Shown one piece after another: positions 11,941-21,711 of a stretch of 32,103 nt of DNA. The notes below the pieces were generated by a model, which was not told the origin of the DNA, made no database searches, and was given only the letters and a program-made list of their open reading frames with translations. The stretch comes from Actinomycetota bacterium (GTDB lineage: Bacteria; Actinomycetota; Actinomycetes; S36-B12), in assembly GCA_016870425.1 (NCBI GenBank), contig VGBQ01000003.1, forward strand, positions 1 to 32,103, given 5' to 3'. Numbering within the stretch: position 1 is the stretch's first letter; every line of letters starts with the position of its first letter. Position numbers and translations under genes: made by a program.

Positions 11941-13347
11941 TCATGCCTCGCGGACGATGGTGAGCACCTCGTCGCGCACGGCCTCCATGGTGCCATGGTC
12001 GACGGCCTCGACGTTCAACCGGAGGAGCGGCTCGGTATTGCTCGGGCGCAGGTTGAACCACCAGTCGGTCGCCGAGACCGTGAGCCCATCGAGGTCATCC
12101 ACCGTGACCTCCGGGCGCGAGGCGAAGGCATCGCGGACGCGCTGGTCCGCTACCGCCGAGTCGGCAACGACGGAATTGATCTCACCGCTCACCACGTAGC
12201 GGTCATAGGCCGAGAGCAACTCGGACAGCGTCGTCCCCGGCGCCGACGAACCCAGCGCCGCGAGGACATGCATCGCGGCGAGCATGCCCGAGTCGGCGCG
12301 CCAGAAGTCGGTGAAGTAGAAGTGACCGGAGTGCTCACCTCCGAACACCGCACCGGTCTCGGCCATGCGCGCCTTGATGAAGGAGTGGCCCACGCGGGTG
12401 CGCTCACCGACGCCGCCACACTCGGCAATGACCTCGGGCACCGTGCGCGAGCTGATGCAGTTGTAGATGATGGTCGAGCCTGGCCGCCGGCGGAGTTCGC
12501 GCTCGGCAATGAGCGCGGTGATCGCCGATGGCGTGACCGCGACACCGCGCTCATCGACGACGAAGCAGCGATCGGCGTCTCCGTCGAAGGCCAGGCCGAT
12601 GTCGGCCCCGCTTGCGATGACCGCCCGCTGCAGGTCGACAAGATTGGCCGGATCGATCGGATTCGCCTCGTGATGGGGGAAGGTGCCGTCGAGCTCGAAG
12701 TACATCGGCTCGATCGCCAACGGCAGGGCGGGCAGTCCGACCGCGGTGCCGAGCACCGCCGGAGCCGTCAGGCCAGCCATGCCGTTGCCGGCATCAATGA
12801 CGACAGATAGCTCACGCCCTGCCGACAGGTCGACCAGGGAGCGCAGGAAGGCGGCGTAGGCAGGCAGTGTGTCGACGCGGCGCACGGTGCCGGTGGGGCC
12901 GGAGTGCGGCGCGATGCCGACCTCGACCAGGTCGCGGATCTGGCGCAGTCCGGAGTCGGCGCCGACGGGCGCAGCACCGCGCCGGCACAGCTTGATGCCG
13001 TTGTACGCCGCAGGGTTGTGGCTGGCGGTGAACATCGCGCCGGGCAGCCCGAGATCGCCGGAGGCGAAGTAGAGGCCATCGGTGCTCGCGAGCCCGATAC
13101 GGATCACATCGCACCCCTGGCCACACACGCCGTCGGCGAAAGCGGCTACGAGGTCATCGCCGGACGAGCGCATGTCCTGGCCCACGACGACCGCACCGGG
13201 GCCGCCGTCGGAGGTGCGAACGCCGAGGACCTCGACCACCGCCGCGCCGATCTCGCGAGCAAGCCGGGCATCGAACTCATCGGGCACGAGGCCGCGCACG
13301 TCATAGGCCTTGAAGACCGCGTCCAGGCCGGAGCCGGACACCGTCAC
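11941..13347 (-). CDS. manB: Phosphomannomutase/phosphoglucomutase
   Basis: FKAYDVRG, TASHNP (phosphoserine), DGDADR (metal binding), GEHSGH, LRPSNTEP. Confidence 0.96.
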   Translation of the reverse strand: MTVSGSGLDAVFKAYDVRGLVPDEFDARLAREIGAAVVEVLGVRTSDGGPGAVVVGQDMRSSGDDLVAAFADGVCGQGCDVIRIGLASTDGLYFASGDLGLPGAMFTASHNPAAYNGIKLCRRGAAPVGADSGLRQIRDLVEVGIAPHSGPTGTVRRVDTLPAYAAFLRSLVDLSAGRELSVVIDAGNGMAGLTAPAVLGTAVGLPALPLAIEPMYFELDGTFPHHEANPIDPANLVDLQRAVIASGADIGLAFDGDADRCFVVDERGVAVTPSAITALIAERELRRRPGSTIIYNCISSRTVPEVIAECGGVGERTRVGHSFIKARMAETGAVFGGEHSGHFYFTDFWRADSGMLAAMHVLAALGSSAPGTTLSELLSAYDRYVVSGEINSVVADSAVADQRVRDAFASRPEVTVDDLDGLTVSATDWWFNLRPSNTEPLLRLNVEAVDHGTMEAVRDEVLTIVREA

Positions 13348-13733
13348 CCCTCGGGATCGTGACCGGCGGGGAGGGACCTGAGGTGACCGCGACGCGTGCC
13401 TTCGGCTCCCACCGCAGTCCGGGACTCGAGGTCGTCGAAGAGTGTCGCGCTGCGATCGCTGGCTGCGGCGGCTTCGCGCACGGCATTGGCCAGGGCCTCG
13501 AGGTCATCTCCCGTCGGACCATGCGCGGAAGGATCAGGCTCGATGCGCACGACCTGCCAGCCGAGGGGTGCGGTGAGCCGTGCCGCATGGATCTCGCACA
13601 GGTCGTAACCGTGGGGGTCGACGGCGGTGGACAGCGGGCCCAGCACAGCGGTCGAGTCGGCGTACACGTAGGTCAGGGTGGAATTGGCCGCGCGCGAGCA
13701 GGTGACGCGGGAGCAGCGACGACGAAAGCCCAC
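13344..13733 (-). CDS. DUF3499-like conserved actinobacterial protein
   Basis: RRCSRVTCSRAANSTLTYVYADSTAVLGPL...HGYDLCEIHAARLTAPLGWQVVR...DDLEALANAVREA...RRGHLR. Start chosen at GTG 13733; GTGA overlap with manB. Confidence 0.85.
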   Translation of the reverse strand: MGFRRRCSRVTCSRAANSTLTYVYADSTAVLGPLSTAVDPHGYDLCEIHAARLTAPLGWQVVRIEPDPSAHGPTGDDLEALANAVREAAAASDRSATLFDDLESRTAVGAEGTRRGHLRSLPAGHDPEG

Positions 13734-13834
13734 GAGCCGGGACGCTACCGTCCGTGTCGGCAGCCTCGGGGCAGCCACGCCGGAGGAGGCCGACAGGATC
13801 GGCTTGGCCGACCCGCCGGGCCCGACCGGTCGGA

Positions 13835-15568
13835 CTACTCGCCGGGGACGGCCAATCCCGGATCGGGCACCGCCCGCGGCACCACGACGGTGGTCCGCAG
13901 GGGCAGCCACGGGTAGCCGGTGACGAGGGACCCATCCTCGTTGCGGCGCAGGAGGCGATGCGCGATGACAGCCTCGCCCCCCGAGACCTCGGCGACGACG
14001 GTGAGCCAGGACGCGCCCGCGGGGCGGGGGATGGTGACCGCGACCAGGCGCCCGGGGGCAACCGACAAGGTGATGGGGTCGGGCATCGGCGGTGTCGGCT
14101 CGCCCGGGGCGGCCGGGAGGACTCGCAGGGTCACCGACACGGCTTTGCTCGCCGTGTCATCAGCGGGCGGAGTCACAGCGTCGGTCGGCGTGTCGTCAGC
14201 CATCGCGTCCGGGCTCGCCGACATCTCGGCGTCCATACCCGGCATGTCCGCCGCACTCTCGATCGTGATGATCTCGTCGGGCACCGTCACCCACACGGTC
14301 ACGGACGTGCCGCGCGCGGCCTGCAGTCCGGTGACAGCGGCGACATCGACAATGGGCACGGCACCGGCGGTGAAGGAGGTCTCTTCCAGTGAGCCCTTGG
14401 TCGCATCCAGCCCCGGGTGGCGCTGCCGCACTCCGGCCACGATCGGCACGTCGGATTGGAGGTCCACGGTCGCGTCCTCGCCTTGGAGCGCCTCGTCCAG
14501 ATCCACCGCGACCACGGCGCCTGCGGGGACCTCGACTTCCGACGCGGCCTGCGGGACGAAGGAGCCCCCGGTCGTGATGAGGCGCACGCGCACCGTGGCC
14601 GCCAGATCCCCGGGCGCGTGCACGAGGAGCTGGCGCCCGCCGGGTCCGCCGATGACCCCCGGGATCAGGACGCGCGTGGATGGATCGGCCGACGCGGGGA
14701 TCCAGTCCGCGCCCTGCGGCACGAAGCCCTCGGTCTGCTTGTCGGACAGAGCGGCGACGACGCGTCCCTGGCGCACCGTGACGCGCCACGCGGCGGCGGG
14801 CAGGCGAGGCGCCTCGCGGGAGAGCTTGACGACGATGCGGCTGCGCGGCTCGACGACCAGGCCGCGCAATTGCGGTGTCGTCACGACCCCGTCGGGCCCG
14901 CTGATGCTGACCTCCACGTCGGCGGGCGTCTCCTCCGGGTTGACCAGCACCAGGTCGGAGTCGCGGCCCGCCGTGGACCCGCCACCGACAAACCACCAGG
15001 TCGTGTCCGGCCCGAGGCAGGGCTGACTGGCCAGGCCGCGGCTGGCCGAGAAGGAGTCCTGCGTCACCTGCGACGCGACGAGACCGGGTGCGAGACCACC
15101 CTGCGTCCGCACCTCCAGTGCTGGCAGGCGCGTCTGCTCCGCAACAACCTCGGCCGCGTCCCCCGGCGAGACGAGATCACCGGCGACCACGACGTCGGCG
15201 GCGGGTGAGTCATCGGCCGCTGCGGCACCACGCAAGAGGGCGATCGATGCCTCGCCCTCTCTCTCCTGTCCGGGAAGGTCGGGTACGACGGTGATCGCCG
15301 ATGTCGTCCGCCCGCCATCGACCGAGCCCGGCTCCGGGCATATGGCCAACGATGAATCCACCGGCTCCACGGCCCCCGCCGGATCATCGTCCGCCGAGGG
15401 TGCGGGCACGAAGAGGCCCCCGACGACGAGCAGGGCAGCGATGCCCGCGACGACGCCCGTGGTGCGCCATGCCGCCGGGTCAGCGGGCACGCCTACTCCG
15501 CGGGGGCGACGCGGGCGGCGTCGGGGTCTCGCGACGCGATCCTGGGGCTCGGGCATCTCCTCGCTCAT
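13835..15568 (-). CDS. DUF5719-like membrane-anchored extracytoplasmic protein
   Basis: Basic N-terminus, one TM helix, ICPEP, C...WWFVGG, and LVLVNP repeats. Syntenic position after the large glycosyltransferase; ATGA overlap. Confidence 0.75.
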   Translation of the reverse strand: MSEEMPEPQDRVARPRRRPRRPRGVGVPADPAAWRTTGVVAGIAALLVVGGLFVPAPSADDDPAGAVEPVDSSLAICPEPGSVDGGRTTSAITVVPDLPGQEREGEASIALLRGAAAADDSPAADVVVAGDLVSPGDAAEVVAEQTRLPALEVRTQGGLAPGLVASQVTQDSFSASRGLASQPCLGPDTTWWFVGGGSTAGRDSDLVLVNPEETPADVEVSISGPDGVVTTPQLRGLVVEPRSRIVVKLSREAPRLPAAAWRVTVRQGRVVAALSDKQTEGFVPQGADWIPASADPSTRVLIPGVIGGPGGRQLLVHAPGDLAATVRVRLITTGGSFVPQAASEVEVPAGAVVAVDLDEALQGEDATVDLQSDVPIVAGVRQRHPGLDATKGSLEETSFTAGAVPIVDVAAVTGLQAARGTSVTVWVTVPDEIITIESAADMPGMDAEMSASPDAMADDTPTDAVTPPADDTASKAVSVTLRVLPAAPGEPTPPMPDPITLSVAPGRLVAVTIPRPAGASWLTVVAEVSGGEAVIAHRLLRRNEDGSLVTGYPWLPLRTTVVVPRAVPDPGLAVPGE

Positions 15569-18500
15569 CGAGACACCTCCCCGTCGAGAGCATCATCAGC
15601 ATCTGCGACGGCGACAGCGTCGGTATCGAGATCGATGCCGTCGTCTGCGTCGTCATCGGAGGTGGCCCGACGTGCGGGCAGCGCCAGCACCCCGATGACA
15701 AGCCAGGCGATGACCTGCGCCCACAGCCACCGCGTGCGCGGCCCGTCATCGATGTCGACGAGGAGTTGGCCACCGTCGGCCGGCACCTCGAAGGCCTGCA
15801 GACCCGTTGAGCCATCACGCGAGGCCAGCGTGAGTGCCACCCCGCCGAGCGTTGCACGCCACGCCGGGTCCGCCGTCTGGGCCAAGCTCAGCACGCCGCC
15901 AGACGCGGGAAGGGGCGCGTCGACGAAAGGCTCGGCCGAGGACATGCGCACGATCGGCACCGGAGTGGGGGACGCATCGGGTTGGGTGGCGAGGACCACG
16001 CGACTCGCCTCGAACTCGACGCGCCACAGCACATCGCCCTCCTGCCCTGCGACGCGCCGCAGTCCCGGGGCTGCGTCCAGGGTGCGCGCCAAGGACCGAC
16101 CCTCCGCGGCAGCCTGCTCGAGGACGACGTAGCGCACCGCGTAGGCGGCGAGTCCGGTAACTTCCCCACCTCCGCGCCCGGACACCAGCCCGGCGACGAG
16201 TGCATCGAGCTCGGCCCAGTCGGCCGCGGGCGGGGCGACCTCGGCGTCCCCGAGGGTGGGCCCGGTGCCGTTGACGAGCGCGTAGTCCACGCGCGCGGGC
16301 GATGCGGGCCGCAGCAGGAGGGTGCGTGGCGCCTCCGGGCCGATCGCCTCGGCGATGACGAAGGGGGGCAGAGCGACGGGGTCACCTCGGCGCACAGGAT
16401 CTCCGGAGCCGGGCAGCCACCAGGCCAGGGCGACGATGGGCGTGAGCACCGCGAGGATGGTGCTGATTCCCGCCACGGGCTGTCGCCAGGTGAAGGCGGC
16501 CTCCGCCATGCTCGCCCGGAGCCCATCCGCTGCCACGGCCGCGGCAAGGATGAGTGCGCCACCCATGAGCGCCGTCGCGAGGCCGGACCACGCCACGACG
16601 GGGTCCTCGGCCCACGGGGGCTGCAGCGGAAGACGTGTCGTGATGAGGGCGAGGGCGAGCGCGACGAGAGCGACAGCCCACGCCGTCACGACGACGCGAC
16701 GGGTGCCCGGGCGCAGGCAGGCGAGCAGCGCGGCGATGACCAGGCCCGCCATGACCCAGGGCGGAGGGGTGCCGGGACCGGAGGGATCCAGAAGCAGCAG
16801 CGACAGGCTGGTGGGGGCGTCGACGGTGATCGGCACGCCCAGGTCGGTGAGGAAGAGAAGGGGTTCGGTGAGCAGGCGCACCGACCACGGGAGCAGAAGC
16901 ACGAGTGGAGCCACGGCCAGGACCAGGGCCCGAAGCACCAGGTCGCGACCGAGGCGCCGGGTGACCCCCGCCGCGATGAGCGCAGCGGCGATGGCGACGA
17001 TGAGCCATACCCATGTCACGGGGGCGCAGGCGATCAGCAGTGCCGCTAGTAGTGCCGTGCCCCAGGGGGTGCGCCCCGAGGGCGCCGGCAGAAGCGGAGC
17101 GGCCCCCAGCGTGCGAGCGCACAGGCGGGCGAGGGGAGGCAGCAGGACGATCGCGATGATCACGCCCAGCCGTCCGGTGGCGATGGCGGCCGTAGCGGCC
17201 GGCAGCAGAGCGTAGGCGAATGCCGCCCACGCGCGAGGTCCCCGCGCGGTGACGACCCCGCGCAGCGACCACCACGCGCTCAGGCCCGCTGCGGGCACGG
17301 CGAGCAGCAGGAGCAGGCCCACCATGAGCCCGGCCTTGCCGAGTACGACGGTGGACAGCGCTGCGAGCAGCGCCGTCAGGGGTGCGGCGGGCACCGTGGA
17401 ACCTGGGCCGACGTCGTGCCAGGTGTCGGTGTACGCCGCCCACAGGTCGGCGGCTCCTTCCGGAGCAGGGAGAAGGGCGCCCCCGAAGAGCACTCCGTCC
17501 CCCCACCACAGCGACCGGCCGGCAATCACGGCGGCCACCAGCAGGATGAGAGTCAGGATGACCGCCGGGCGGCCGAGGAATCGGCGCAGCACCCCGTCGG
17601 CTGGGTCCTCGAAGATGTCGGCGTCGTCCGACACAGGACCTGACTCGAGGGCGCCGGCGGCCGAGGCCTGACCTGAGCGCCCCGCGGCGAGAATGCCCCC
17701 CAGCGACTCGAGCGCTGCGCGGGCCTGCGACCAGGCACCGGGGCGCAGGTCGTGCACGGCCTCGCGCGACGACAGCGTCGAGGTGGCCGCCACGCGGCGT
17801 CGCGATGCGGCGATGCGACCGGGGTGCACCAGCAGTGACGTGATGGCGATGACTTCGTCACCCGCACGACGCACGTCCTTGCCGAGGAGATAGAGAATCG
17901 CGCGCAGGGATGAGCCCAGGGCGAGGCGCGCGGCAGTGAAGGGCACTCGCCACCCGGGGGCCTGCGCGAGGAGGACGAGCAGCGCGGATCTGCGATCCAG
18001 GCGGTGGCCAAGTGCCGGCAGCGTCGATCCCTCGCGTCGACCGTGGTACGACGCCTCGCGATGGTGGATGACCGCGTCAGGGGCGACCCGCACCTCGTGG
18101 CCCGCGCGCCAGGCCCGCCAGCACAGATCGAGGTCGTCGCGGTAGAGCGGAAGCTGGGGGTCGAATCCGCCGAGGGCATCCCACACGTCTCGGCGGACGA
18201 GCATGCCGGCGGACCCCACGGCATGGACCTCGCTGCGGTCGTTGTGCTGCCCCTGGTCGTGCTCACGTCGCTCTAGACCGGTCACGCGGCGGCCCGCACC
18301 CGTCACGCTGAAGCCCACCTCGAGCAGGAGGCGGCGGTCGTGCCATCCCAGGGCCTTGGGCCCCAGGATCGCGGCGCGGGGATGGGCATCGGCTGCTTCG
18401 AGCAGCCTCTCCAGGCAGGTCGGTGCCGGCGCCGAGTCGTCGTGCAGGAGCCAGACCCACTCGGTCGTCTCGATATCAAAGGCCTCGTCCGTGTCGGACT

Positions 18501-18753
18501 TCAGGACGCCGGATGCCAGGCCTGCTTGCACAGCGCTGCCGAAGCCACCCCGGTTGTCCGCGAGGATAACGACGCGATCGACACCGAGGGCCTCGGTGAG
18601 AATGCGCGCACTGGCATCGGTCCCTCCGGCATCGACGCCGACGATGGCATCGGGATGACGTGATTGCCCGCCGAGGACCGTGAGGACCGCGGGAAGCCAG
18701 ACCGCGCCATCACGAGCGACAATGACGGCCGTGACGCGGTGGCGTCCGCTCAG
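15565..18753 (-). CDS. Large GT2 glycosyltransferase fused to a multi-TM region and an extracytoplasmic C-terminal region
   Basis: VTAVIVARDG, WVWLLHDDSAP and GGFDPQLPLYRDDLDLCWR (GT2), followed by many TM helices and YAVRYVVL. Start is uncertain: CTG 18753 or GTG 18846 inside whiB. Confidence 0.85.
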   Translation of the reverse strand: MSGRHRVTAVIVARDGAVWLPAVLTVLGGQSRHPDAIVGVDAGGTDASARILTEALGVDRVVILADNRGGFGSAVQAGLASGVLKSDTDEAFDIETTEWVWLLHDDSAPAPTCLERLLEAADAHPRAAILGPKALGWHDRRLLLEVGFSVTGAGRRVTGLERREHDQGQHNDRSEVHAVGSAGMLVRRDVWDALGGFDPQLPLYRDDLDLCWRAWRAGHEVRVAPDAVIHHREASYHGRREGSTLPALGHRLDRRSALLVLLAQAPGWRVPFTAARLALGSSLRAILYLLGKDVRRAGDEVIAITSLLVHPGRIAASRRRVAATSTLSSREAVHDLRPGAWSQARAALESLGGILAAGRSGQASAAGALESGPVSDDADIFEDPADGVLRRFLGRPAVILTLILLVAAVIAGRSLWWGDGVLFGGALLPAPEGAADLWAAYTDTWHDVGPGSTVPAAPLTALLAALSTVVLGKAGLMVGLLLLLAVPAAGLSAWWSLRGVVTARGPRAWAAFAYALLPAATAAIATGRLGVIIAIVLLPPLARLCARTLGAAPLLPAPSGRTPWGTALLAALLIACAPVTWVWLIVAIAAALIAAGVTRRLGRDLVLRALVLAVAPLVLLLPWSVRLLTEPLLFLTDLGVPITVDAPTSLSLLLLDPSGPGTPPPWVMAGLVIAALLACLRPGTRRVVVTAWAVALVALALALITTRLPLQPPWAEDPVVAWSGLATALMGGALILAAAVAADGLRASMAEAAFTWRQPVAGISTILAVLTPIVALAWWLPGSGDPVRRGDPVALPPFVIAEAIGPEAPRTLLLRPASPARVDYALVNGTGPTLGDAEVAPPAADWAELDALVAGLVSGRGGGEVTGLAAYAVRYVVLEQAAAEGRSLARTLDAAPGLRRVAGQEGDVLWRVEFEASRVVLATQPDASPTPVPIVRMSSAEPFVDAPLPASGGVLSLAQTADPAWRATLGGVALTLASRDGSTGLQAFEVPADGGQLLVDIDDGPRTRWLWAQVIAWLVIGVLALPARRATSDDDADDGIDLDTDAVAVADADDALDGEVSR

Positions 18754-19019
18754 ACTGCCTGCTTCTTCAGCCGGCGCCGTTCGCGCTCGGACAGGCCACC
18801 CCAGATGCCGAAGCGCTCGTCGTTGGCCAGTGCGTATTCCAGGCACTCACCGCGGACCTCGCAGGACAGGCATACGCGCTTGGCCTCCCGGGTGCTCCCA
18901 CCCTTCTCCGGGAAGAACGCCTCCGGGTCCGTCTGGGCGCACAGGGCGCGCTCCTGCCACTCCAGAACTTCGGCAGCAGCCTCAGCGGTGGTCAACGGCA
19001 GCAGTACGGGATCCCCCAC
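18750..19019 (-). CDS. whiB: WhiB transcription factor (WhiB/WhiB2 class, Fe-S)
   Basis: WQERALCAQTDPEAFFPEKGGSTREAKRVCLSCEVRGECLEYALANDERFGIWGGLSERERRRLKK (4 Cys, GIWGG). GGAGG SD 7 nt before GTG 19019. Confidence 0.97.
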   Translation of the reverse strand: MGDPVLLPLTTAEAAAEVLEWQERALCAQTDPEAFFPEKGGSTREAKRVCLSCEVRGECLEYALANDERFGIWGGLSERERRRLKKQAV

Positions 19020-19107
19020 TGCCGCACCTCCCTCCTTCGGGCCCCCCTCGGGCCCCGTCTGCGGGGCCCGTCGGGCCGGTGAGGACGCAGGTAGCCCTGC
19101 GTCCCGA

Positions 19108-19151
19108 AATGACACCGGTGTCATTACATAGGTCACGAGGCCGCTCGTCAA
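19108..19151 (-). promoter_or_regulatory. whiB promoter: -35 TTGACG, 17-bp spacer, -10 TGTAAT, overlapped by the palindrome AATGACACCGGTGTCATT
   Basis: -35 at 19151-19146, -10 at 19128-19123, perfect 18-bp inverted repeat at 19108-19125. Confidence 0.75.
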
Positions 19152-21694
19152 GTGCGCGAGGCCACGAGGTCCCCCGGGGGCTGGGGTATCCCGTAGCCGG
19201 TGGTCCGCTGCCGGGGGACGCGGCCGGCCGACCGGATGAGGGCGCGCAGCTCCTCCTCGGACTTGGCCGAGCCGTGCTCCGAGCCCGCCATCCGGCTGAT
19301 CGTCTCCTCCATGAGCGTGCCCCCCAGGTCGTCGACGCCGCCCGCGAGCATGGTCCGGCAGCCGTCATCGCCCAGCTTGACCCAGGAGCACTGGATGTGG
19401 TCGACCGCGCCATGCAGCAGGATCCGGGCCATCGCGTGGACCGCGCGGTTATCGCGCGCCGTGGGCCCCGGCCGCGCGACCCCGGCGAGGTAGAGCGGCG
19501 CGCTGTGGTGCACGAAGGGGAGCGGCACGAACTCCGTGAAGCCGCCGGTCCGCTCCTGGATCGCCCTGATCGTGCGCAGGTGCTCGACCCAGTGACGGGG
19601 CTCGTCGACGTGGCCGTACATCATCGTCGCCGTCGTGCGGAGCCCGACCTCGTGCGCCGTTGTCACAACCTCCACCCAGGCGGCCGCGGGCAGCTTGCCC
19701 TTGGTGAGAATCCACCGCACGTCATCGTCGAGAATCTCCGCGGCGGTGCCGGGCAGGGAGTCAACCCCTGATTCGCGGGCCGCGATGAGCCAGTCGCGGA
19801 TCGACAACCCCGTGCGCGCGGCACCGTTGACCACCTCCATGGGGCTGAAGGCGTGCAGGTGGATGCCCGGAGCCTCCGCCTTGACCGTGCGCGCGAGATC
19901 GAAGTACGCCGTACCGGGCAGGTCGGGGTGGATACCCCCCTGCATGCAGACCTCGGTGGCGCCCGCCTCGACGGCCTCGCGCACGCGCCGGGCGACTTCC
20001 TCGAGGGAGAGCGTGAAGGCATCCACGTCGGAGGCCCGCTGGGCGAAGGCACAGAAGCGACACCCGGTGTAGCAGACATTGGTGAAGTTGATGTTGCGGT
20101 TGACGACGTAGGTCACCTCGTCGCCGACAGCCTCGTGCCGCAGGTCATCGGCCAGCGCCACGAGCGCGTCGAGACCCTCTCCGGTCGCGCACATGAGGGT
20201 GATCGCGTCCGGCACGTGGTCCGGATGGGATAGCCGCGCGGGGTCGTCCTGGGCGATACCCAGGGCTCGCCGCACGTCGGAGGGGAGCGCGGGGGCGCGC
20301 GACACCACCCGCTTCGCGCGCTCGGAGACCTCGTCCCAATCGCCGTAGACGTCGGCGAAATCGGCACGCCGATCAGTGCCGCGCCCGCTGATGTCGATGT
20401 GCAGGTGCAGGTCGACACGCCCACCTGCGGCGCGCGCGGCGAACTCGGCGTAGCCACCTGCATCGGCATCGGGCTCCTGCCAGGGCAGGCCCGCGGGACG
20501 CGCGGCCGGGTCGAGCAGACCCTGCTCGCCAGCGAGAGCCTCGACGTGCGGGCGCACGCGCGGGTCGATCCACTCCCCCGAGAGGACGTAGCGCGGGTGG
20601 ACGGTCAGTCGCGGGCGCAACTCGTATCCCGCGGCCGCCGTGCTCTCGCGCAGCGCGTCCAGGTGCGGCCAGGGCCGCTCGGGATTGACGTGGTCCGGCG
20701 TGACCGGGCTGACCCCGCCCCAATCGTCGACGCCGGCGCTCAGCAGCGCCCCGAGGTCGTCGGAGAGGTTGGGAGGCGCCTGGAGTCGCACGCCTGGGCC
20801 CAGGAGGATCCGCGCGGTGGCCAGCGTCGCGAGGTAGGACTCATCGTCGAGGTCCGGCTCGCCGCGCATCGCGGTGTCGTCCTTGGCGCGGAAGTTCTGG
20901 ACGATCACCTCCTGCACGTGGCGATGGCGGCGATGCACGGCGCGAATCGCGAAGAGCGCGTCGACACGCTCCTCATCCGTCTCGCCGATCCCCACGAGAA
21001 TTCCGGTGGTGAAGGGGGTCGCCAGGCGGCCGGCGTCCTCCAGGACCTGCAGGCGCACGCGCGGCTCCTTGTCGGGGCTGCCGAAGTGCGGGGCCCCGGG
21101 CGTCGACCACAGTCGCTCGGCGGTGGTCTCGAGCATCATCCCCATGCTGGGTGCCACGGGTCGGAGCCGGCGCATCTCCTCCCAGGACATGACGCCGGGA
21201 TTGAGATGCGGCAGCAGTCCCGTCTCCTCGAGGACACGGATGGCCATCGCGCGCACGTAGGAGAGCGTGTCGGCGTACCCCGCCTCGTCGAGCCATGCGC
21301 GTGCGGCGGGCCAGCGATCCTCCGGTCGGTCGCCGAGGGTGAAAAGCGCCTCCGCGCAGCCGAGATCCGCCCCGCGCCGGGCAATGTCGAGGACTTCGTC
21401 GGGAGAGAGATAGGCCGCAGGAACCCGATGCGGCACCGTGGCGAAGGTGCAGTAGTGGCAGCGGTCCCGGCACAGGCGGGTGAGGGGGATGAAGACCTTG
21501 GGCGAGTACGTGATGATCCCGGGCAGGCCGGCGTCCTCGAGCCCACGATCGCGCATCGTCCCGGCAAGGTCGAGAAGCTCCTGCAGGGCTTCGCCGCGGG
21601 CGCCGATCAGCCAGGTGGCCTCGTCGGGAGCAAGGGTCGCTCCCCTGCGGGCGCGGGCCAGCGCCCGGACGACCCCCGACGGCGTGGACGGCAT
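19148..21694 (-). CDS. fbiC: Bifunctional FO synthase CofG/CofH
   Basis: Two radical-SAM motifs (CRDRCHYC and CYTGCRFC); also [24 protein letters not shown] and [17 protein letters not shown]. Confidence 0.97.
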   Translation of the reverse strand: MPSTPSGVVRALARARRGATLAPDEATWLIGARGEALQELLDLAGTMRDRGLEDAGLPGIITYSPKVFIPLTRLCRDRCHYCTFATVPHRVPAAYLSPDEVLDIARRGADLGCAEALFTLGDRPEDRWPAARAWLDEAGYADTLSYVRAMAIRVLEETGLLPHLNPGVMSWEEMRRLRPVAPSMGMMLETTAERLWSTPGAPHFGSPDKEPRVRLQVLEDAGRLATPFTTGILVGIGETDEERVDALFAIRAVHRRHRHVQEVIVQNFRAKDDTAMRGEPDLDDESYLATLATARILLGPGVRLQAPPNLSDDLGALLSAGVDDWGGVSPVTPDHVNPERPWPHLDALRESTAAAGYELRPRLTVHPRYVLSGEWIDPRVRPHVEALAGEQGLLDPAARPAGLPWQEPDADAGGYAEFAARAAGGRVDLHLHIDISGRGTDRRADFADVYGDWDEVSERAKRVVSRAPALPSDVRRALGIAQDDPARLSHPDHVPDAITLMCATGEGLDALVALADDLRHEAVGDEVTYVVNRNINFTNVCYTGCRFCAFAQRASDVDAFTLSLEEVARRVREAVEAGATEVCMQGGIHPDLPGTAYFDLARTVKAEAPGIHLHAFSPMEVVNGAARTGLSIRDWLIAARESGVDSLPGTAAEILDDDVRWILTKGKLPAAAWVEVVTTAHEVGLRTTATMMYGHVDEPRHWVEHLRTIRAIQERTGGFTEFVPLPFVHHSAPLYLAGVARPGPTARDNRAVHAMARILLHGAVDHIQCSWVKLGDDGCRTMLAGGVDDLGGTLMEETISRMAGSEHGSAKSEEELRALIRSAGRVPRQRTTGYGIPQPPGDLVASRT

Positions 21695-21711
21695 CGTGAC
21701 ACCCTATGTCC
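21695..21711. promoter_or_regulatory. Putative bidirectional leaderless promoter with overlapping -10 elements
   Basis: Plus strand: TGA-CACCCT-N6-ATG(21712). Minus strand: TAGGGT-N6-ATG(21694). Confidence 0.65.
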
